A stretch of 64,000 nucleotides of DNA, from NCBI GenBank assembly GCA_030059665.1, contig JANVYR010000001.1, forward strand, positions 480,001-544,000. Reading direction: 5' to 3'. Below, one piece after another: positions 16,852 through 26,751 of this stretch (within the stretch, counting starts at the first letter, position 1; each line of letters starts with the position of its first letter). Made by a program: the position numbers and the translations under genes. The DNA comes from Candidatus Calditenuis fumarioli. Lineage in GTDB: Archaea > Thermoproteota > Nitrososphaeria_A > Caldarchaeales > Calditenuaceae. The notes beneath the pieces are model-generated. The model saw nothing but the letters and a program-made list of their open reading frames with translations. It did no database searches and was not told the origin of the DNA.

Positions 16852-19542
16852 ATGCCGCTGGAGTTCAGGTCCCCCGGCTTCCCGGTGTTCAAGGCACACG
16901 TCGTCCCTTTGCGCGGAGGCCACCACTCTGCCGAGATGACGGAGCAGGACGTGCGAGATTGGGAAAGGGTTCTGTACTTGATGAACCAGTTCCTCCGGTT
17001 GCTGACAGGAATCTCCGAGAAGATGAAGGTTGATCGCACCAAGCACGAGAGGTACGAGTTCATCGGCGACGCGATAACGTGGTTCCTCAGGATACCTCTG
17101 ATGAGGGCTCCGCTGATGGGCCTTGTTCCTCACCCCTTCACCTACTACATGGTGTTCAGGCTCATGCACCCGAGGACGGGGAAGGAAGTCGAGACCGACA
17201 CGTTGACCTTCGTTGAGAGGTGCTTTGAGTACAGCGAAACAGCGGAAAGGTTGAGCGAGACAGTCCACGAAGTTACGAAATTGCTCGGCAGGCTCTGGTT
17301 CAGGTTGCCGGCGGACACTAGACCCGTGTACAACACCTCTGGACTCATACCGCACATGCTCCTGACATCGGCGATAGCCTGGGGTATGGTGGCCGACAGG
17401 GGCTTGAGCCGGGAAGACGCTGGGAAGCTGAGGCTCTCGGCCGTCTTCCACGACGCCTCGAAGCCCTTCGACTTCGAGCGACATTATTGTTTGGCGCCCG
17501 ACGTCATCCGCATCGCTCTGGACGGTGTACTGGCAGAAAAGGACATCGCTGAGCTTGAGTCATTCGTGAGGACTCACCACCTCCAGTCGGAGACCGAGCT
17601 GGGCAAGGTGCTGCATCAGGCGGACGTCATCGCAGCGGCATCCGACAGGCTGAGCTCGATCGCAAGGGAAGTGATCTATCCGAAGATCAGGGAGATGGGG
17701 GAAAACCCAGAGGTGGGATATGGCTCCGGGTCCTCAGCCTGGGAGTTCTGGAGGCAGCTGGAGCGCAAGAGGCCGGGGACGATGCTCGAGCTCACCGAGG
17801 AGGGCGCTAGGGCGGTCCTGAGTTCCGGGGTGAAGTCGCTCAGGAGAAGCGCTGCTGCAGAGAATCACGAGACCAACCTTGACGTCTGCCTCATCGATGT
17901 TGGCTCCATACAGGACTTCGTCATGGGGAGCAGCGATTTAAGGTCGGTTGCAGCCGCGAGCCTCGCCGTCGACTTCGCGACGCTGGCACACATACCGCTT
18001 CTGATCCAGTTCACGCTCTCAGACGAGAACGTCTGGGTACCGCTCGAGGCCTTCATGGTGGTCTCCGGCGGAACCATAACCGCCCTCCTTCCGCGCCGTG
18101 TGGCGGATCGGCTCAGGAGGGAATGGAGGGAGAGGATCGCACGGCACCTGGACGAGATCGAGCTCCGGACCTACTTCGCATCCTCGCCGTTCACCGGGAA
18201 CTACGTGAGGGACTCGGCAGAATTGGCAAAAAGGACGTACATCGAGAAGCTGGTTTCGGAGCCAGCGTCGATCAAGGTCCAGGTTCCCGAGGTGAGGGGG
18301 TTCGCGCCGAGGCTGTGCGTCAGCTGCCACACGAGGCCAGCCACAGATGAGGAGGGAAGGTGCCACGTCTGTGCGAAGCTCCGCAGGATCGGGACCGAAT
18401 TTCACTTCGGTAAAAAGTGGAATTCAGGATTCGAGCTGACGGTCGACGGTCGGACCGAGCAGATCGTCCCGCGCAAGTGTTACGAGATGGAGTGGGAAAG
18501 GGCGAGGGAGGGCGACGTGATGTACGTGATTGCCGGTCACGATGGCCCGTTCCTCGAACCCGGCGAGAGGGAGCGGAACTACGCAGTCGTGAAGGTCGAC
18601 GGTAACCTGATGGGCCCCTTCTTCGCGGAGACAGTCTCGCCAACAGACCTCCTCGAGCGGAGCGCGAGGGTCGACATCGCCCTGAAGTCCGCGATCGAGA
18701 TGGCCTTAGCTGAGCTCTTCAGCGAGGTGAGCGGGATCTCGCAGGACGATGCGAGGAAAGCGGTGGCAGCCTGCTTCCTCGGGACGCTCTACGCAGGCGG
18801 TGACGACGCCCTCATCCTGTGTCCGAGCTGGTGCGCCATCCACCTCGCTTCCAGGGTCTCTCAGCACTTCTCGGAGGAGCTCGGTGGTGTGAGGGCGCTT
18901 AGCGCAGGTGTTGCTGCCGCACCTGCGGAGCACAGCGTCTGGGCGCTGATCGAGGCTGCCTCCTGGCTGCTCGAGGTGGCTAAGAAAAAGGTGGGACGCG
19001 AACAGCCATCGGTTGGCGGCATAGCGTTCGACTTCGTCGAGGGTGGAATCCTCTCAGGTTCGTCGGCCGCGGCGAGACACGCGAAGGCCGAGGAGGCAGG
19101 GATCACCCTCCAACCTTACGCGATTTGGGACTCCGGTTCGAGGCCGAACCTCTCAGAGCTGATGGGGACGTTGCTGAATGACACAGGTTTCGGTTACGCG
19201 TACAAGGCATCCCGCGTCAAAGGAGGAAGTGAATACGAGGAGGTGAGGAAGTACCTCAAGAGGCTGAGGGAGGCTGCGGTCGAATCGATCGGCGTCTCCC
19301 GGAACTTCGCGGGCATCTCGTCCGGATCCGAGGTACTCGTGATACACGTAAGCAGGATGGCTGCTAGGGAAGGGAGCGAATCGGCTGAGCAGTCCGAACG
19401 TCTATCGGCTAAGCGGTACGAACGTCTGATGGAACTCGTGAGGTGGTCGATCTCCCGCGCAATGGTCGAAGGTGGCAGGCTGGCGGTCCCGCTCGCAGAC
19501 GTCCTCACCCTGATCAAGTTCCTGGGAGGTGGAACGATGTGA
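16852..19542 (+). CDS. cas10: Cas10 (type III large subunit) with HD nuclease and palm/cyclase domains
   Basis: PADTRP..HMLLTS, VFHDASKP, CVSC..CHVC zinc finger, VKVDGNLMG, YAGGDD. Confidence 0.95.
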   Translation: MPLEFRSPGFPVFKAHVVPLRGGHHSAEMTEQDVRDWERVLYLMNQFLRLLTGISEKMKVDRTKHERYEFIGDAITWFLRIPLMRAPLMGLVPHPFTYYMVFRLMHPRTGKEVETDTLTFVERCFEYSETAERLSETVHEVTKLLGRLWFRLPADTRPVYNTSGLIPHMLLTSAIAWGMVADRGLSREDAGKLRLSAVFHDASKPFDFERHYCLAPDVIRIALDGVLAEKDIAELESFVRTHHLQSETELGKVLHQADVIAAASDRLSSIAREVIYPKIREMGENPEVGYGSGSSAWEFWRQLERKRPGTMLELTEEGARAVLSSGVKSLRRSAAAENHETNLDVCLIDVGSIQDFVMGSSDLRSVAAASLAVDFATLAHIPLLIQFTLSDENVWVPLEAFMVVSGGTITALLPRRVADRLRREWRERIARHLDEIELRTYFASSPFTGNYVRDSAELAKRTYIEKLVSEPASIKVQVPEVRGFAPRLCVSCHTRPATDEEGRCHVCAKLRRIGTEFHFGKKWNSGFELTVDGRTEQIVPRKCYEMEWERAREGDVMYVIAGHDGPFLEPGERERNYAVVKVDGNLMGPFFAETVSPTDLLERSARVDIALKSAIEMALAELFSEVSGISQDDARKAVAACFLGTLYAGGDDALILCPSWCAIHLASRVSQHFSEELGGVRALSAGVAAAPAEHSVWALIEAASWLLEVAKKKVGREQPSVGGIAFDFVEGGILSGSSAAARHAKAEEAGITLQPYAIWDSGSRPNLSELMGTLLNDTGFGYAYKASRVKGGSEYEEVRKYLKRLREAAVESIGVSRNFAGISSGSEVLVIHVSRMAAREGSESAEQSERLSAKRYERLMELVRWSISRAMVEGGRLAVPLADVLTLIKFLGGGTM

Positions 19543-20186
19543 GGAGGTTCACCGTGAGGCTAAGGCCGATCGGGCTCCTGACGGTCGGAGGCTCTCATCC
19601 GGAGCTGGCCGGCGCTGACATCGCGTTCGTCACCACATCGGTGGACGGCCGGGAGGTGGTCTACGTTCCGGCGTCGAGCTTCAAGGGCGCGCTCAGGTCG
19701 TCCGCCAGCAGGGTAGCCGAGAGGTACGGATTCAGGTCGTGCGGCCAGACGAGCCCAGAGCTGATGCAGAGGGCCCACGCGGGATCCGGGACGTGCGACG
19801 TCTGCAGGCTCTTCGGCGTCCCCTCGAGGAACCCGAGCCAGCACCTGTTCTTCGACGACCTGCTTCCGGATGGGAGCCTGACGTCTCGTCAGCTGATAAC
19901 GCGGGTCAGGATAAACGACCGCTCGATGAGGGCCGAGGATGGCGGACTTTACACATCGGAGGCCGTCTATTCCGGCGAGTTCACAGGTCAGGTGAGGTAC
20001 AGCGAGGAAGTCGTTGAGCTGCTTCCGCTCCTGCTGCTGGGCCTCGCGGAGCTGAGGATGGACCGCTTCGGTCGGAGGTCATCGGTGGACCTGAGGCTGG
20101 AGGGGACTGACCAGCTGAGGCAGGACCTCGGGCGTGAGTGGCACCCGCTGCTGGACGCTCTGGAGGGATGGCTTTGGCAGCCCTGA
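19539..20186 (+). CDS. Short Cas7-group RAMP
   Basis: IGLLTVGG, YVPASSFKGALRS, CDVCRLFG; GTG start overlaps cas10 stop. Confidence 0.85.
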   Translation: MRRFTVRLRPIGLLTVGGSHPELAGADIAFVTTSVDGREVVYVPASSFKGALRSSASRVAERYGFRSCGQTSPELMQRAHAGSGTCDVCRLFGVPSRNPSQHLFFDDLLPDGSLTSRQLITRVRINDRSMRAEDGGLYTSEAVYSGEFTGQVRYSEEVVELLPLLLLGLAELRMDRFGRRSSVDLRLEGTDQLRQDLGREWHPLLDALEGWLWQP

Positions 20187-21295
20187 GGGTTTACGAGGTG
20201 AGGGTGAGGATCCTGAGCCCGACGATAATCACAAGGCGTAGGACGGAGAACGGCTTCCTCGGGCCCCTCGACTACATACCGGCCCAGACGTTGAGGGGTG
20301 CGGTCGTCAGCTCGCTCTTCATGGAAGGGCTGATGGACCGAAACAGGATGAGGGCAGAGGAGGAGGTGCCGACGGTCTTCTCGAGCCCAGCCTATCCTGT
20401 CATCGGTGGAGCGAGGACCTACCCCGCTCATCCGTTCGCGATGGAGTGCAAGGTCTGCGCTGAGAAGGGAGAGGCGACGCTCGTTGGCGAGCTGGACCCG
20501 ACGAAGCTGGAGGATTCCCTTGCGGAGCAGCGCGATCTCGAGCTCGTTCCGGTCGAGTGCGGGAGCGGCCACAGGGCCCTCAAACCCCTCCACCCGAACA
20601 AGTTCCTGGTGCTCGAGGGAGGGAAGTTCTCGGCTCCGAAGGAGAGAAGGGGAGGCGCGAGGGCTGAGGGTGGGGGCCGTGCCAGCGCGGAGAAATCCCA
20701 CTCGGTCTCTGTCGCGATCAGCAGGGGCAGGGCCGCGGGCATCAAGGGCATGCTCTACCACTACGAGTTCCTGATGCCGGGGAAGGAGTTCTGGGCGACG
20801 CTGGTCCTCCCAGCGGAGCTGAGCATTCCGGGAAACGGTCTCCAGCTAATGATCGGACGCGGCGTCTCGAGGGGCTTCGGGAGGGCGAGGATGCACGTCG
20901 TGGGTGAGGTGACCTCCTCCTTCAGCGGAACCGTTAAGGTCCTCTACGCTCTCTCGCCAACGCTTGGAGCCTCCGACGGTAATTCCACTTATCCTTCCAC
21001 AATAGAACTGCGTGATGTTGCCCGCAGGTTCGGGCTTGAGGCGGAAAGGACCGTTCGCGTATCGAGGGCCTACGGCAGGACGGTTTGGGTCAGCGCGGGC
21101 TGGAGCATGGTCCGAGGGGAGCCGAGGCCCAGAGTCCTTTGCAGGGCGCAGGGATCGCTACTGGTTTTGGAAGAACAGGTGGAGGGCGAGGCGTCGAAAG
21201 CGTTATCGCTGCTGAGGTACACGGGAACGGTGACCGAACTGAATGGCCGGAAGGTCTTCGGCTTCAATCACCTGGTGCCCCTGGGGTGTATGTGA
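20168..21295 (+). CDS. Cas5-group RAMP (Csm4/Csx10-like)
   Basis: ILSPTII, YIPAQTLRGA, IGRGVSRGFG, AQGSLLV; CKVC..CGSGH insertion. Confidence 0.8.
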   Translation: MALAALRVYEVRVRILSPTIITRRRTENGFLGPLDYIPAQTLRGAVVSSLFMEGLMDRNRMRAEEEVPTVFSSPAYPVIGGARTYPAHPFAMECKVCAEKGEATLVGELDPTKLEDSLAEQRDLELVPVECGSGHRALKPLHPNKFLVLEGGKFSAPKERRGGARAEGGGRASAEKSHSVSVAISRGRAAGIKGMLYHYEFLMPGKEFWATLVLPAELSIPGNGLQLMIGRGVSRGFGRARMHVVGEVTSSFSGTVKVLYALSPTLGASDGNSTYPSTIELRDVARRFGLEAERTVRVSRAYGRTVWVSAGWSMVRGEPRPRVLCRAQGSLLVLEEQVEGEASKALSLLRYTGTVTELNGRKVFGFNHLVPLGCM

Positions 21296-22272
21296 TGCAC
21301 CTCAACTCCCTCCGGTACAAGACCGTGGCGGTCTTCACCTTCCGCGTCAGGAACCCCCTCCACATCGGGACAGGCGAGTTCGGAGCCGTCAAGAGGATAC
21401 TGAGGATCGGCGACGGAGTCCTGATTCCCTCCTCAACGTGGAAGGGCGCCATCAGGAACGTGGCTGAGAAATTGGCTCGAGGCATGATAGCTCAGCTCGG
21501 TGGCCTCGAGAGGTTGGCGCTCGCATGCTACCGGGAGGAGTCCGGGGAAATCCGTTACGAACTCGACAGAGGACACCTGGAGCGGCTCTTCGGGCATGAG
21601 CGGGCCGCGCTGATCGAGGAGGAGTACAGGAGGGCGAGGGAGGAGTTCAAGAGGATTCTGAGAGAGCAGCTGGAGATCTACTTTAGAGGGGACGGGCTGG
21701 ACGGTATCGGGAATGAGCTGAGGACGCTTCTCGACATCGGTTACAGGCCGGAGGATCTGACCGACCACAGGAGGTTCCAGCTCGACGAGGCGTTCGCCGA
21801 GTACCTCGCCTACCACTGCCCGATCGGCCGCTTATTCGGCAATAGAGTGCTTTCGGGAAAGGTGAGACCCCAGGACACTCTCCTGATGCCCGAACGGATA
21901 GAGCTCAAGCCGGGCGTCGGGATCGATCGGAGGTCCGGAAAGGTCAGCGAGGGGCATCTGAGGTTCCTCGAGACGATACCGCCTGGAACAGAGGTGAAAC
22001 TCACGCTCGTCGCGGACAACCTCTTCCCGGGCGATGCGGACTCGAGGCTGATGGCAGGGGTTCTCGAGTGGATCAAGGATTTGGGGCTTCAGATCGGCAC
22101 TGGGAAGAGCACCGGACTGGGTCTGCTCGAGCTGGAGAGCGGCGAGGTCTGGCACTGGGAGCTCGGCGGGGACGCTGACTCAAGGGGAGCTGTCCTCGCG
22201 AACCCGTTCAGATCCGGCCTCAGGCCCATGGACGTCAAAGCCTTCGTCTCCCTGCTCAGGTCGGTAGGGTGA
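21295..22272 (+). CDS. Cas7-group RAMP (Csm5-like position)
   Basis: RNPLHIGTG, LIPSSTWKGAIR, HCPIGRLFG, IGTGKSTGLG. Confidence 0.85.
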   Translation: MHLNSLRYKTVAVFTFRVRNPLHIGTGEFGAVKRILRIGDGVLIPSSTWKGAIRNVAEKLARGMIAQLGGLERLALACYREESGEIRYELDRGHLERLFGHERAALIEEEYRRAREEFKRILREQLEIYFRGDGLDGIGNELRTLLDIGYRPEDLTDHRRFQLDEAFAEYLAYHCPIGRLFGNRVLSGKVRPQDTLLMPERIELKPGVGIDRRSGKVSEGHLRFLETIPPGTEVKLTLVADNLFPGDADSRLMAGVLEWIKDLGLQIGTGKSTGLGLLELESGEVWHWELGGDADSRGAVLANPFRSGLRPMDVKAFVSLLRSVG

Positions 22273-23771
22273 TGACAGCGGCCCAGGCGTCGGGCGTCCG
22301 ACCCAAGAGGCTCATCGTCTATCAGCTCCTGGGGAAACTAGAGACCTACAGGGTGACCCGGTACAGAGTGGGGGGCAGTGGTCGTGAGGTGGAGAGCTGT
22401 TTCTCCTCCGTCGCGATAGCAGATCACTACGCATTTGATCAGGGGATATCCGAATGCGAGATCAGGTTCTTCGCGCCCATAAGCCTCATCTCCCCGCGGA
22501 CGGACTCGAACGGCTTCCTGGACCTGGAGGTCTTCAGGGAAAAGATAGATGCATGGATCAGGCGGGTTGAGAAGGACGTTCGCTGGAGAGCTGAGATCGT
22601 CCCGCTACCCGCCTTCGGGAGCTACAAACCTGAGGACGGCGATCAGACCGTCTGGACCTACAACGCGACTCTCGGTTCCGTCGCAGCTGCTGCGCTGGTG
22701 GACATGTTGCGGTCGACGCACCTCATCAGGGAAAGGGACCAGGAGGTGCATCTGGTGCTAAACGTCTCGACCGGTCACAACTCCTACATACCGTCGCTGA
22801 TCGAGGCCCTCAAGGCTTTGCTGGTGCTTGACGGCGCTCTGTCGCTCGGAAAGGGGGGCGTCGTGGTCGATGCCTGCTATGCAGCGGTGGACGCGATGCG
22901 GCAAGAACCCGGATCGGTGCTGAACGTCTACCTGCTCAAGACCTCGGCGAAGTTCTTCATCGACTATCCCTTCGAATGGAAGGACATTGGGGGGAAGAAC
23001 TATACGCTCAAAGAGCTTTGCCGTGAGTCGGCAAATGTTCTACCCGAGACTCTTAAGATCGAGGCCAGACCTGTTCTGAAGCGAACGAATAAAGTCCTAG
23101 TCAAGGGGTTAAAGGCCTTTAACGCGTTCAGGTACGGAGCTCCTCTGGCGCTGCTGGACCGGAGACTGATCTCACTGGACTCACAGGAGGCCCTCGGATG
23201 CGCGGAGGAGGTCTTGAGCTTGGTCGATAAGATCCTGAGACCGACCGTCTCCGGGACGGTGATCTCGGTCCCCTATGTGGACTTCAACCAGCTGAGGTCG
23301 CTTCTGATCGCGTTCGCCATCGCTGCAGCCATATCGAGCAAGGTCTCGGAGCTGGGTGACTTTGATCCCCAGAGAGGTGTTCCGCTGGAAACGTTAGAAA
23401 GGTTCTCCCGCCTCTACGAGGATCTACCCGAGCTGAAGATCAACTCGAGACTGCTTTCGAAGGAGCTGCTGGAGCTGAAAACGCTCTCGTCTGAGGTCTC
23501 TTCAACAAGTTGGCAGAAGCTGAAAACTCTTAGGGAGCAGCGCGAGGCGAAATCCAAGGAGGGGGCGCTGAGGAAGGAGAGGCCCTCTCGCGATGACGAG
23601 AAATCCGAAGGGAAGGGATATCCCCAGACAAGCGACGAGAAGAGGAACTTCTACGCCCACGCAGGCCTGTCGAGGAACGAGGTCGAGGTGATGAAGGAGG
23701 GAGAGAAGATCCTTCTGAGATACAACGAGGACCGGATACCTGTGATAAAGAATTGGTTGCTGGAGCCCTAA
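22269..23771 (+). CDS. csx1: Csx1-type CARF-HEPN cOA-activated ribonuclease
   Basis: LNVSTGHNSY (DxTHG-class CARF motif variant) and C-terminal KRNFYAHAGL (R-x4-6-H HEPN). Confidence 0.88.
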   Translation: MMTAAQASGVRPKRLIVYQLLGKLETYRVTRYRVGGSGREVESCFSSVAIADHYAFDQGISECEIRFFAPISLISPRTDSNGFLDLEVFREKIDAWIRRVEKDVRWRAEIVPLPAFGSYKPEDGDQTVWTYNATLGSVAAAALVDMLRSTHLIRERDQEVHLVLNVSTGHNSYIPSLIEALKALLVLDGALSLGKGGVVVDACYAAVDAMRQEPGSVLNVYLLKTSAKFFIDYPFEWKDIGGKNYTLKELCRESANVLPETLKIEARPVLKRTNKVLVKGLKAFNAFRYGAPLALLDRRLISLDSQEALGCAEEVLSLVDKILRPTVSGTVISVPYVDFNQLRSLLIAFAIAAAISSKVSELGDFDPQRGVPLETLERFSRLYEDLPELKINSRLLSKELLELKTLSSEVSSTSWQKLKTLREQREAKSKEGALRKERPSRDDEKSEGKGYPQTSDEKRNFYAHAGLSRNEVEVMKEGEKILLRYNEDRIPVIKNWLLEP

Positions 23772-23826
23772 TGATCGCAATTCCCGATCTGGGTTAAGGC
23801 TGGTTTTTGGTGGCGAAGGAACCCTA

Positions 23827-24636
23827 TCATGGGTCAGAGAAGGCCACCCAGTAGATCACCCTGCCGAATTCGGTCATCTCGTACTTGCCGTCCCTCTCCC
23901 TGATCAGCATGAGGTCCTCGAGCATCCGCTCGGCGACCTCCTTACCGTACCTCCTCTCGAACTCTGACGCATCCATTGACCCCCTGCTGAGGTCCATCAG
24001 CGCAGACCTGTAAACCCTATCGAGGACGTCCTCCCTCCAATCGATCGGGAGCGGCGGGATGAAGACGGTGGTCCTGAAGTCCTCGTGCCTGTAGTAGACC
24101 GGCTTGCCCATGACGAATGCCAGGATGCTTAGGGCCGTCCCCTCGGGCTTGTATCCGCCGGTCGCGTTGACCAGGACCGCATCTTCCCTGTGCTTCTTGA
24201 TGAGCTCGTGCGTCACGAGCAGGAGGTTCTGGAGGCCCCTCTCCCTGAATTCCTCCTCGTTCCTGAAGCCCTCGATCCTCCTCCTCTCGGCCCTGATGCC
24301 CGATCTGTTCAGGTGCCGCTCGAGAACCGTACCGCAGACCTCTCCCACCTCCGTGTCCGTGTGGAGGAGATAGACCAGATCCACGAGCCTCCTATCGATG
24401 TGCTCCGACATCGAGGTTAGCTCGGCGCATGCCGCGTTTCCTTTTCGTGAGACGTACGAGAGCAGCGCCTCGACCAGCTCCCTTCGAGTGGGCCTTCCGT
24501 CCCTGAGGGCGTTCTCGACGTCCCGCACGCTCGATGCGTTGGGGAGCAGCTGTTTGACGTTCTGGTCATCCCTCAAAGCGTTCGTCAGCAGGCTCGCGCC
24601 TACCGTGACTATGTGGACGCGAACCCTCCTCGGCAA
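23827..24636 (-). CDS. APE2256/Crn1-like CARF protein with C-terminal winged helix; putative ring nuclease
   Basis: TVGASLL, ELTSM, LLHTDTEVGEVC, VNATGGYKPE, YYRHE; TTG start at 24636 chosen. Confidence 0.8.
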   Translation of the reverse strand: MPRRVRVHIVTVGASLLTNALRDDQNVKQLLPNASSVRDVENALRDGRPTRRELVEALLSYVSRKGNAACAELTSMSEHIDRRLVDLVYLLHTDTEVGEVCGTVLERHLNRSGIRAERRRIEGFRNEEEFRERGLQNLLLVTHELIKKHREDAVLVNATGGYKPEGTALSILAFVMGKPVYYRHEDFRTTVFIPPLPIDWREDVLDRVYRSALMDLSRGSMDASEFERRYGKEVAERMLEDLMLIRERDGKYEMTEFGRVIYWVAFSDP

Positions 24637-24963
24637 GTCGGGCCACCTTCGGTTCAGGCGGATGGCCCGGCCTATAAGAGCGTTCCGAGACTTTCTGACG
24701 TCACGGGGTGAGCGCATCTTCCTGAAGTTTTGATGTGTTATCGTGCTGCATTCATAGCCTCCAAATCCGCGAACTCCCTCACATCAACCTCCTGATGGAG
24801 ATCCAACCCGATCCGCATCCCGTGCCGCCCTCTCTCCGAACGCATTACCCACGGCTCCTCCAGGGACTCATCGGGGTCCATTTTTCAAGCTGCGGGTGTG
24901 AGTTACGGGGATCGGCGAACAGCGCAATGGCGCTCCCTGCGATGACCTAGGGTTTCTCCGACG

Positions 24964-25713
24964 CTAAGGCTCGACTTGCGAGGGCGAGTTCAGCTCTATC
25001 AGCCTGTAGATCCTCTCCCTCATCACGTCTCTGTCCTGCAGGCCCTCCACCCTTATGTCTGCGAGGACCTTCGCGGGCCTCCCGAAGACTATGATCCGGT
25101 CGGTGGACTCGAGGGCCTCCCTGAGGTTATGCGTCACGAATAGCGTCGTTATCCCCTCCTTCCTCACGAGCTCGAGGAAGTCAGCGCGGAGCTTGCTGGA
25201 GGTGACCTCGTCGAGGTGCCCGAAGGCCTCGTCCAGCAGAATGACCTCCGGCTCGAGCACCAGAGCTCTTGCCAGCGCCACCCTCTGCCGCATACCGCCG
25301 CTGAGCTGGTGTGGGTAGTAGTTGTAGAAGCTCCCGAGGCCGAGGGCGTCGAGCCATCTCTTTGCGCGTGAGATCTGCTCCGACTTCGGCACGCCGAGGA
25401 TCTCCAGCCCCAGCCTCACGTTGTCCAGCGCGGTCCTCCAGGGGAAGAGCCTGTCCTCCTGGAAGACGGCCGCTATCCTCCCCCGGAAGTGCATGAAGTC
25501 CCTGTAGGGCTCCCTGCCGTCTATCAGAACCCTCCCCGAGGTGGGGGTCTCTATGCCCATGACGATCCTGAGGAAGGTGGATTTGCCGCACCCGGTCGAC
25601 CCGACGATGCCCACGACCTCCCCGTCCCGAACGTCGAAGTCCAGGTGCTCTATCGCGACCGTGTAGCCACCCGATCCATGATAGACCTTCCTCAGGTTGT
25701 CGACCTCGATCAT
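24964..25713 (-). CDS. Nitrate/sulfonate/taurine-type ABC ATP-binding protein
   Basis: GSTGCGKST, FQEDRLFPW, LSGGMRQR, FVTHN; real start ATG 25713, not the extended track ORF. Confidence 0.92.
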   Translation of the reverse strand: MIEVDNLRKVYHGSGGYTVAIEHLDFDVRDGEVVGIVGSTGCGKSTFLRIVMGIETPTSGRVLIDGREPYRDFMHFRGRIAAVFQEDRLFPWRTALDNVRLGLEILGVPKSEQISRAKRWLDALGLGSFYNYYPHQLSGGMRQRVALARALVLEPEVILLDEAFGHLDEVTSSKLRADFLELVRKEGITTLFVTHNLREALESTDRIIVFGRPAKVLADIRVEGLQDRDVMRERIYRLIELNSPSQVEP

Positions 25714-26483
25714 CTCCTCCACCTCAGCGCCCACGACTCGATCAGGTACACGAGCCCCTGGAGGGCCAGCAGCGACGCGACGAGCACGACGGTCCACGCC
25801 ATGATCTCGCGTATGCTGAGGTTGCCGAGGGCGAAGTTGAGCGCGTACCCTACACCGGTCAGCGTCCCCACGAGCTCCGCCACGGTCACGACCCTTATCC
25901 CAAGCCCGAGGTTCACCTTCCACGTGGTCAGGACGTTCGGTAGGATCGATGGGAAGATCAGCTTCCTCAGGAGCTGGTACCTGGTGGGTCTGAAGACGAG
26001 CATGACCTCTCTGAGCTGATACGGTACTGATTTGATCCCGTCGAGGATGTCGATGGTGTAGCCCGGCATGCAGACCGCGAAGAGGACGAAGAAGACCCTG
26101 AACTCCTGCTCCCTGAACCAGAGTATCGCGAACAGGACCCAGCAGATCGCGGGAACTGCCATGACCAGCGAGACGATCGGCATCAGGTAGCGCTCCGCGC
26201 GCTTGGAGAGGTACATGATCGTGGCCAGCGCGAGGCCCGCTGCGAACGACGCCAGAAGAGCGACCGCAACCCGCAGGAGCGTGACGTAAACGTGGACGAA
26301 GTTGAGGTTCAGGATCGTCTCGAAGACCGCCTCCAGCGGGGGGAGCACGTATCCCGGCAGTACCCTGGAGAGCGCCTCCCAGATCACGAGCATCACGACG
26401 AGCGAGATGACGTAGTCCTTCCACGTCCCCACCCTCCTCATGAGCCGCTGGGCCGCCCTCTCGGAGGACTCGACGACAGCCAT
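25710..26483 (-). CDS. SsuC/TauC-type ABC permease
   Basis: Hydrophobic; VPAICW, PSILPNVL, VAELVG...GVGY. Confidence 0.9.
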   Translation of the reverse strand: MAVVESSERAAQRLMRRVGTWKDYVISLVVMLVIWEALSRVLPGYVLPPLEAVFETILNLNFVHVYVTLLRVAVALLASFAAGLALATIMYLSKRAERYLMPIVSLVMAVPAICWVLFAILWFREQEFRVFFVLFAVCMPGYTIDILDGIKSVPYQLREVMLVFRPTRYQLLRKLIFPSILPNVLTTWKVNLGLGIRVVTVAELVGTLTGVGYALNFALGNLSIREIMAWTVVLVASLLALQGLVYLIESWALRWRR

Positions 26484-26751
26484 CCCACCGGTCAGCGACG
26501 CGGGTCGCTATAATAGAGTTGACACCCTTCCCTCTTCTTTCATCTTTGCGCCCATTAGCACGGATTGTGCTGGAACTCCTCGGTCCGTCTTCAGCCCACG
26601 TGGCTGAGAAGCCTTCGCAACGACCACGAGCGGATCGGCGGGGTCGCCGACGAGGCGGTTCTGCTGGCGGTGAAGTACCGGGAGGACGCGGTCACCGACT
26701 TCATACCCGACGCCTTAAATAACCGGGTGGTGACGCACGGGCCGGTGGGGG

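Noticed and set aside
24772-24780. GAGGGAGTT on the minus strand, matching part of the repeat
   Set aside because: 9 nt only, lacks the GAAAG handle, no partner repeat
24735-24950. Short ORFs on both strands between the CARF gene and the ABC ATPase
   Set aside because: No recognisable domain or consistent coding signal
13501-24960. Cas cassette as an island integrated at tRNA-Lys
   Set aside because: No duplicated tRNA 3' end near 24.7-25.0 kb and no integrase
25714-26424. Apparent 486-aa ABC ATPase with a long N-terminal extension
   Set aside because: The extension is an alternative frame of the permease gene; the ATPase starts at 25713
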